Below are positions 58,662-64,000 of a stretch of 64,000 nt of DNA, in pieces. The DNA lies in the IMG/VR virus record IMGVR_UViG_3300037485_001404, positions 1-64,000 of that record, one strand, 5' to 3'. This stretch comes from a virus. Numbering within the stretch: position 1 is the stretch's first letter; every line of letters begins with the position of its first letter. The notes under the pieces are model-generated. The model was not told where the DNA came from, made no database searches, and worked only from the letters and a program-made list of their open reading frames with translations. A program made the translations under genes and the position numbers.

Positions 58662-58943
58662 ATGAAACAAGACAATAACGATGAAAAGGATAAGACAATG
58701 TGTTTGATTCTCTGTATCTCTGATGGATTTGGTGTTGAACAATACTGTGGTTTCTTCCATGATGTTGACCTCGATGAATACAATAACGATGATGAAGATG
58801 AAGACTGCGATAACATCTTCTCTCTGTTCAAGGTGAATGATGATGACTGGCTTAACAAAGAGGAGACATGGTTTAATGAATTCCATCCCTCATTCTGGTT
58901 GGCTAGACATGGCAAGGAATTGTGCTTCGGTGACTACGTTTAA
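58662..58943 (+). CDS. acidic hypothetical protein
   Basis: 93-aa acidic ORF at the start of the early block; start codon uncertain. Confidence 0.5.
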   Translation: MKQDNNDEKDKTMCLILCISDGFGVEQYCGFFHDVDLDEYNNDDEDEDCDNIFSLFKVNDDDWLNKEETWFNEFHPSFWLARHGKELCFGDYV

Positions 58944-58953
58944 GGAGAATGAT

Positions 58954-59610
58954 ATGCTAGTGAATACTAATGGTTTCAATGTGACTCGTGCTATCGTGGA
59001 GAACATCAAGACAGTGGACCGTATCACTTACTATGATATGGTTGCCTTAATGGAAACAATCAACAGTCTTACCAATCCTATCCTGGATTGCATCGTCTTG
59101 AAACGTGGAGAGAATGGCATCATACCGATGACAAAGGTATCACGTCTGAGTCAATTCGATATGACTCATGTACAGAACCTGAACATGTGGAAGAAGAACT
59201 ATCCTGACTTGTCAGGGTATAGCATCGTGAGATGCAAGTACAATTCCAACCTCGATATCGTCCCATCTACATACGATGAACTTGTCAAGGTGTGTGAGAT
59301 ATGGGATAGTGAAGCGGAACATTACGAAGCTCCTACCAATGACGGTATCTACTGTCGTATCATGGGAGATATATCTGAGCATATGAAACAGGTTGTGGAT
59401 GAACAGGGAACAACACTACAGCAGAAGATAGATTATCTATCCAACGTTGATACCTTTCCCAGCAATCAACGCCTCACCCTGTACCCTGAAAAAGGTGGTG
59501 TCTATCTTGACTTTGTTATCGAGAAGATAACTGAGAAAGGATGGACAAAGATGATCAACGGTGGTCTAGTATACCGATTGCCTGATTGTACCTGGACTTC
59601 CCATACTTAA
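58954..59610 (+). CDS. hypothetical protein, C-terminus DUF4120-like
   Basis: ATG at 58954 after AAGGAG; ends INGGLVYR...WTSHT. Confidence 0.65.
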   Translation: MLVNTNGFNVTRAIVENIKTVDRITYYDMVALMETINSLTNPILDCIVLKRGENGIIPMTKVSRLSQFDMTHVQNLNMWKKNYPDLSGYSIVRCKYNSNLDIVPSTYDELVKVCEIWDSEAEHYEAPTNDGIYCRIMGDISEHMKQVVDEQGTTLQQKIDYLSNVDTFPSNQRLTLYPEKGGVYLDFVIEKITEKGWTKMINGGLVYRLPDCTWTSHT

Positions 59611-59683
59611 TGCTTGACAATCTGAGCATCCATTGTTATGGATGCTCTAGTGGTCTTAGTGTTAATACTCAATGGAGTTACCA

Positions 59684-59944
59684 ATGAAAGCTTTCTGCCT
59701 CTTCGCTTTACTGTCATGTTGTGCTACTGCTTCTCCCGTACCTGATACAACATACCGTTGTGTCTGTAACAACGTAGACAAGGGCAGATGTGAAACCATT
59801 TACATCAAATACTCTGAATACACATGGTATGTTAATTTCTATTTCAAAGAGACTACCATCTTGAAACGATTGAATGAGTGCAGAGTAGATCGAACTGCGA
59901 CAGACCCTTTCCCTAACCTTAACCTTACGATAGGTAGACTATGA
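59684..59944 (+). CDS. small exported / lipoprotein-like protein
   Basis: MKAFCLFALLSCC signal-like N-terminus after GGAG. Confidence 0.55.
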   Translation: MKAFCLFALLSCCATASPVPDTTYRCVCNNVDKGRCETIYIKYSEYTWYVNFYFKETTILKRLNECRVDRTATDPFPNLNLTIGRL

Positions 59945-60009
59945 CCCTTAACCTTTCTGACACTGAGGGATACTGACCTGACTGGTCGGCCAGTCAACTA
60001 GGGTAGACT

Positions 60010-60279
60010 ATGAAAGGATTCTTTATGAAACGCATGAAATGGAATGGATTAAACCTTGAAGTGACTGAGTTGATACTCCTCCGAAATGGATGGGAGTATT
60101 ACGTGATCGGTGAACGTACTCAAGATATCTTCAATGCTTTGGTATGGGGTTTTGAAATAGAGTTAGGTGACGTATCCTATGAAGAGATTAAGCCATACAT
60201 CATGTGTAGCGAGATGCTTGACAAAGACAGTGATGCTCTCCCAATTCCAGATGGAGAATGGATGGATAACAATGAATAG
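60010..60279 (+). CDS. DUF2958-like protein
   Basis: WEYYV...FNALVWGFEIELGDVSYEEI pattern. Confidence 0.65.
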   Translation: MKGFFMKRMKWNGLNLEVTELILLRNGWEYYVIGERTQDIFNALVWGFEIELGDVSYEEIKPYIMCSEMLDKDSDALPIPDGEWMDNNE

Positions 60280-60466
60280 ATTGCAGAATATGCGTGATAG
60301 GTTTGCAGAGTTAATTCAGCTTGACAGTGGAGCATGTAGCGTGATAGCGATGGAAGTTGTAAGACTGTACCTCGAAGATACAGGTAACACTGACCTAGCT
60401 AAACGATTGATAGGACCAATCAACTATCGCTTAGCAGAGATAAGGGAGCAAGATCCAAATGGCTAA
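60272..60466 (+). CDS. small hypothetical protein
   Basis: ATG at 60272; overlaps both neighbours by 8 nt. Confidence 0.55.
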   Translation: MNRLQNMRDRFAELIQLDSGACSVIAMEVVRLYLEDTGNTDLAKRLIGPINYRLAEIREQDPNG

Positions 60467-61916
60467 AGTTAATCCACCGTTCACATGGAAATTTGCAACA
60501 CCTCCACCGATTAGACCTGATATGATGAAAGGAATAGACAATGGACCAGAAGACAAGGTTGAGCATACTGAGGGAACAGATGCGATTGAAACAGGAACAG
60601 ATGGATCGGCAACTGGAGAACCTGAAGATAATTCAGGAACAGATGAAGGAATTGAGCCTGATGATACAGACAGTGAAGGGGTATTAGATGGAGAAGATAT
60701 GCCCAATCCAAGCGGAGATCCAGGAGAGAACACTGACAGCCAAGAAACTAAAACTCCTGATAGAGAAGATGAAGAGGCAAATCCTGACAATGGAGAAGGA
60801 GATAGTACTGAGGACGAACCAGATGACTCACAACAGGGAGATGATAGCGACACTGAAGGACAATGCCAGGGAAAGCTCTGCGAGCTAGTCCAACAGCATG
60901 ACGAGATGATAGGCGAACAGGCTAAGATAATGCTTAGTCTTAAGCAGGAGACTAGTGCTAACACTGCTACCATGAAGTCTCATGATAGGGTATTGAAAGA
61001 GCATCATGATCGTTTCCAGTCAGTCAATGCCGGTATGGCCAAATTGTCAGATAGACTTGACTCTTCAGGCAAATGGGCTAACACTGTCAATGAGAAATTG
61101 CTTAGCCTTAACGAAGCAATCAAGCTACGACAGAACATTGTCCGTATTGAATTGACAAAAGATGATGAAGTTGTCAAGGCAGTAGAAGGCCAACACTTCA
61201 TGTTTGACGTGTTGCTAAGAACAGTCATGACGGGCAAATTCGTATGGCTTGTTGGCCCGGCAGGTAGTTTCAAGACCGTATCTGCTAAAATGGTAGCAGA
61301 TACGCTAGACCTGCCTTTCTACTGTACGTCAGTGTCTAGTCAGACCTCGGTCACGGCATTAGTAGGGTACATGGATGCAGGTGGTACCTACCGACCTAGT
61401 GCCTTCAGGAATGCTTATGAGTTTGGTGGTGTATTCCTGCTAGACGAAGTTGATGCAGGCAATCCCAATGTTCTAACGGCATTGAATAGTTCTGAGAATA
61501 CGTTCTACTCATTCCCTGATCAGATGGTCCAAAGGCATCCTGCTTTCCGACTTATCGCTGCGGGAAATACGTACGGTACTGGTGCATCAAGGCAACACGT
61601 TGGACGAAATCAGCTAGACGAAGCCACGTTGAACAGGTACGTGTTCATTGAATGGCCTTATGATAATGAAATGGAGATGAATCTAGCCACTAACAAGGAA
61701 TGGTGTAAACTTGTACAGCATGTGAGAAAAGAAGTTGACAACATGGGTATGCAAATCATAATCTCACCTAGGACAACGCTAATGGGGGAAGCATTGCTAA
61801 AGAAAGGTATCAAGCAGAAAGATGTAGTCAACATGGTCATCATCAAAGGATCCAATGCCGATACCAAGGCGAAGATAGAGAGAGTGATCAATGATTATAA
61901 CAGACAACTCAAGTAA
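60459..61916 (+). CDS. MoxR/CobS-like AAA+ ATPase with acidic N-terminal extension
   Basis: GPAGSFKT, FLLDEVD, IAAGNT, LDEATLNRY, ISPR. Confidence 0.9.
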   Translation: MAKVNPPFTWKFATPPPIRPDMMKGIDNGPEDKVEHTEGTDAIETGTDGSATGEPEDNSGTDEGIEPDDTDSEGVLDGEDMPNPSGDPGENTDSQETKTPDREDEEANPDNGEGDSTEDEPDDSQQGDDSDTEGQCQGKLCELVQQHDEMIGEQAKIMLSLKQETSANTATMKSHDRVLKEHHDRFQSVNAGMAKLSDRLDSSGKWANTVNEKLLSLNEAIKLRQNIVRIELTKDDEVVKAVEGQHFMFDVLLRTVMTGKFVWLVGPAGSFKTVSAKMVADTLDLPFYCTSVSSQTSVTALVGYMDAGGTYRPSAFRNAYEFGGVFLLDEVDAGNPNVLTALNSSENTFYSFPDQMVQRHPAFRLIAAGNTYGTGASRQHVGRNQLDEATLNRYVFIEWPYDNEMEMNLATNKEWCKLVQHVRKEVDNMGMQIIISPRTTLMGEALLKKGIKQKDVVNMVIIKGSNADTKAKIERVINDYNRQLK

Positions 61917-62697
61917 ATTTCTGGTACGCTTTGATAGCGTACAAGAGATGATGGAACACAATGAAATGATCCCTGAATACAACGATGCTGATGAATTCAG
62001 GGGAGGAGTAACCTATAAGCAAGCTGAGGATCTGCTCCTCAGAGGATGGCCTGAAGGTAGACGTAAGCTAGGTGCTATCACTCATGCTAGTGGGTTCTCA
62101 GAAAAGCAATCCAATAATGTATTTGATCTGATCGAATCGGTATCAGGTAGCATGGTAGATATGGGCAAGTATCTATCAGGTGAGCCAGAATGTATGCTAG
62201 AATTCACAGCGGGGAGATCAGACAAGCTAGTGTCTATTCTCTATGCTCCTAAGCTACACAAGGAAGTAAGCAGCAATGCTATCTTCATGTTAGGTGCTTA
62301 TCTGATGCAAGCAATTGATTCGCTAGAGGCTGATGGGTATCGGACTGAGATCATCTATCGATTTGGAGTAAACGGAGAACGAGCATATGCGGCTGATATC
62401 TACATCACACTGAAGACTTTCACTTCTATCATGGATGAAGACTTCCTAACATTCTGCTTGTGTCATCCTGCATTTCTCAGATGTTTGCTATTCTGCTACA
62501 TGGGAAAGATGAAACTTCGAGATCCTGCTAAGTTGAACGATCACTTAGGATATCCCTGTAGTGCAACGGACAAAGAGAAAGAGAACTATGATATCGTTAT
62601 CGAAGACTTAGTGCTGTATTCGGAACTATCGACAAAAGAATCCATCGAGAAATGTTTCGGGAAGTACAATTTGCACTTGACAGAAGAGGAAGAGTAG
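61891..62697 (+). CDS. putative VWA-like partner of the MoxR ATPase
   Basis: Follows the AAA gene; YLSGEPECM, IDSLEADGY, LCHPAFLR motifs seen in phage AAA-associated proteins. Confidence 0.6.
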   Translation: MIITDNSSKFLVRFDSVQEMMEHNEMIPEYNDADEFRGGVTYKQAEDLLLRGWPEGRRKLGAITHASGFSEKQSNNVFDLIESVSGSMVDMGKYLSGEPECMLEFTAGRSDKLVSILYAPKLHKEVSSNAIFMLGAYLMQAIDSLEADGYRTEIIYRFGVNGERAYAADIYITLKTFTSIMDEDFLTFCLCHPAFLRCLLFCYMGKMKLRDPAKLNDHLGYPCSATDKEKENYDIVIEDLVLYSELSTKESIEKCFGKYNLHLTEEEE

Positions 62698-62738
62698 GAT
62701 ACTGAGATACTACTGTTGAGATTCCAAGGAGATCGATA

Positions 62739-63038
62739 GTGGGACTGAGTAGGTTTACGGACGTTGGGATAGTTACGATGATCCATCCGAGTCGAGAATC
62801 GACAAGGACAGGATCCCCAAGTATCTGTTTAGAGATTGATGTGGGAGAAGGGGAGAAGCACTTCGTCATGGCGACAGGACGACAGATGCTTGAATTCGTT
62901 AACGATAAGCTAAAGACAGGAGATACTATATACGTCGAAGGGAAACAGAAAAGAGACAAGACGTTCAGTGCAGAGATGCCGAAAAACATCATCATCAAAT
63001 TCGCTAATCATATCTCAATTCTATCCGAGGTCGGATAG
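62739..63038 (+). CDS. SSB-like OB-fold protein
   Basis: HFVMATGRQMLEFVNDKLKTGDTIYVEGK resembles the SSB core; no acidic tail. Confidence 0.6.
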   Translation: MGLSRFTDVGIVTMIHPSRESTRTGSPSICLEIDVGEGEKHFVMATGRQMLEFVNDKLKTGDTIYVEGKQKRDKTFSAEMPKNIIIKFANHISILSEVG

Positions 63039-63074
63039 GTTGAGTCGAGCTACGACAAGAAAAGGAAACAGCAT

Positions 63075-63542
63075 ATGACAGAAGTTATCGCAAATGTGGA
63101 AGTTAAGGCCAAGTCGAAGAAAGGTCCCCAAGGACCTATTAAGCAATACGTTATCATCGGCGCAGAGCTTGGTGTGTTCGAGATGCTCGAAGAGTATTGC
63201 GAACGTACTGGAGCTGCCAAGGAAGATCTTCGGGCAGCTCTCAACCTTGCTTTTGCAACGGATGCCCGAAAGTCTATCCGGGTTCCCTTTGACCATCCTG
63301 CACTCGTTCTGGAAGCCAAGGCGAAGCGTGACCACACGCAACGTTACTTGTTCATCTTCGCCGATGGTACTGCGGCATACAGCTCTAAAACGCCAGAGAG
63401 CTATATCTCTGTCATTGACCTCAAGAACAAGACCATGACCAACTCGGTTGGAACCTTGGCACTCCCTTGGGAGAAGGGCGAATTCCACGGCACCCGGCCT
63501 GTCTCGAAGAAGGATAAGCCTGTCGAGGTTACTCCTGCCTAA
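63075..63542 (+). CDS. hypothetical protein
   Basis: 155 aa; AAGGA RBS. Confidence 0.75.
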   Translation: MTEVIANVEVKAKSKKGPQGPIKQYVIIGAELGVFEMLEEYCERTGAAKEDLRAALNLAFATDARKSIRVPFDHPALVLEAKAKRDHTQRYLFIFADGTAAYSSKTPESYISVIDLKNKTMTNSVGTLALPWEKGEFHGTRPVSKKDKPVEVTPA

Positions 63543-63616
63543 GCACTATACCAAGACATTAACCTGATAGGGAAGATATGCCAATATCTTTCCTATCTCT
63601 ATTTGGAGATCCTAGG

Positions 63617-63940
63617 ATGATTAAATTTAGAGCCAGTAAAGAACAGCTTTGTCAGATTATGGCTAATGCTGTTAATGCCTCTGCCCCGATGGGTATGGGA
63701 TTTCTTCGCTACGACAAAACTAAGCAGTATAAGCCTGAAGACTTTGAAGATAACGTTGCATCTGGAAACCTAGAACTAGACTATGTTGACGGTAGGATGG
63801 TTAAGTTATCCATTCGTTCTGCAGAAGAAGATACCTACACACTACGGGAACCGAGACCTGATTACCAATCTTGGTGCCGGAAATACCATACCGTGGCTGA
63901 TCTGGTCACCAGTGCTGGTGCAGAGGTACTTGACACCTAA
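63617..63940 (+). CDS. hypothetical protein
   Basis: ATG at 63617 after GGAG; PMGMGFL...LDYVDGRMVKL. Confidence 0.7.
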   Translation: MIKFRASKEQLCQIMANAVNASAPMGMGFLRYDKTKQYKPEDFEDNVASGNLELDYVDGRMVKLSIRSAEEDTYTLREPRPDYQSWCRKYHTVADLVTSAGAEVLDT

Positions 63941-64000
63941 CTGGTGCTCAACATGCTCTGTTGAGTCTCCTATCGCTATTTTGAGGGTATTATGGTCCGC

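Noticed and set aside
1-64000. tRNA genes, integrase, reverse transcriptase/DGR, DNA polymerase
   Set aside because: None recognised by eye or in the ORF track; a tRNAscan/HMM run would be needed to exclude them firmly.

Overview
This window is most of a podovirus-like dsDNA bacteriophage genome; no DNA polymerase or primase was recognised, so the genome probably extends beyond it. From left to right it contains: (1) a minus-strand operon of acetaldehyde dehydrogenase (dmpF-like), 4-hydroxy-2-oxovalerate aldolase (dmpG-like) and a ThDP-dependent enzyme; (2) SSB, a Cas4/RecB-like nuclease and an SNF2-like helicase; (3) a 33-kb minus-strand virion module (TerL, portal, scaffold, large major capsid, adaptor, very large nozzle, ejection proteins) with interspersed homing endonucleases; (4) a plus-strand arm with putative TerS, tail fibre, acyltransferase, four glycosyltransferases and a two-domain endolysin; (5) a repeat-rich non-coding region and early genes including a MoxR-type AAA ATPase. 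The most striking element is at 53051-55326. A stand-alone RAMP/Cas7-like gene, with no other cas genes and no CRISPR array, is followed on its own strand by a ~1.35-kb non-coding array. The array has near-continuous 5-nt periodicity organised into about 50 units of 5n+1 nt (mostly 26 or 31), most marked by GGY on the gene's strand. It looks like a phage-encoded RNA-guided system with a non-contiguous guide code (VIPR-like). All protein calls come from motif recognition and synteny, and all counts are by hand; no database searches were run.
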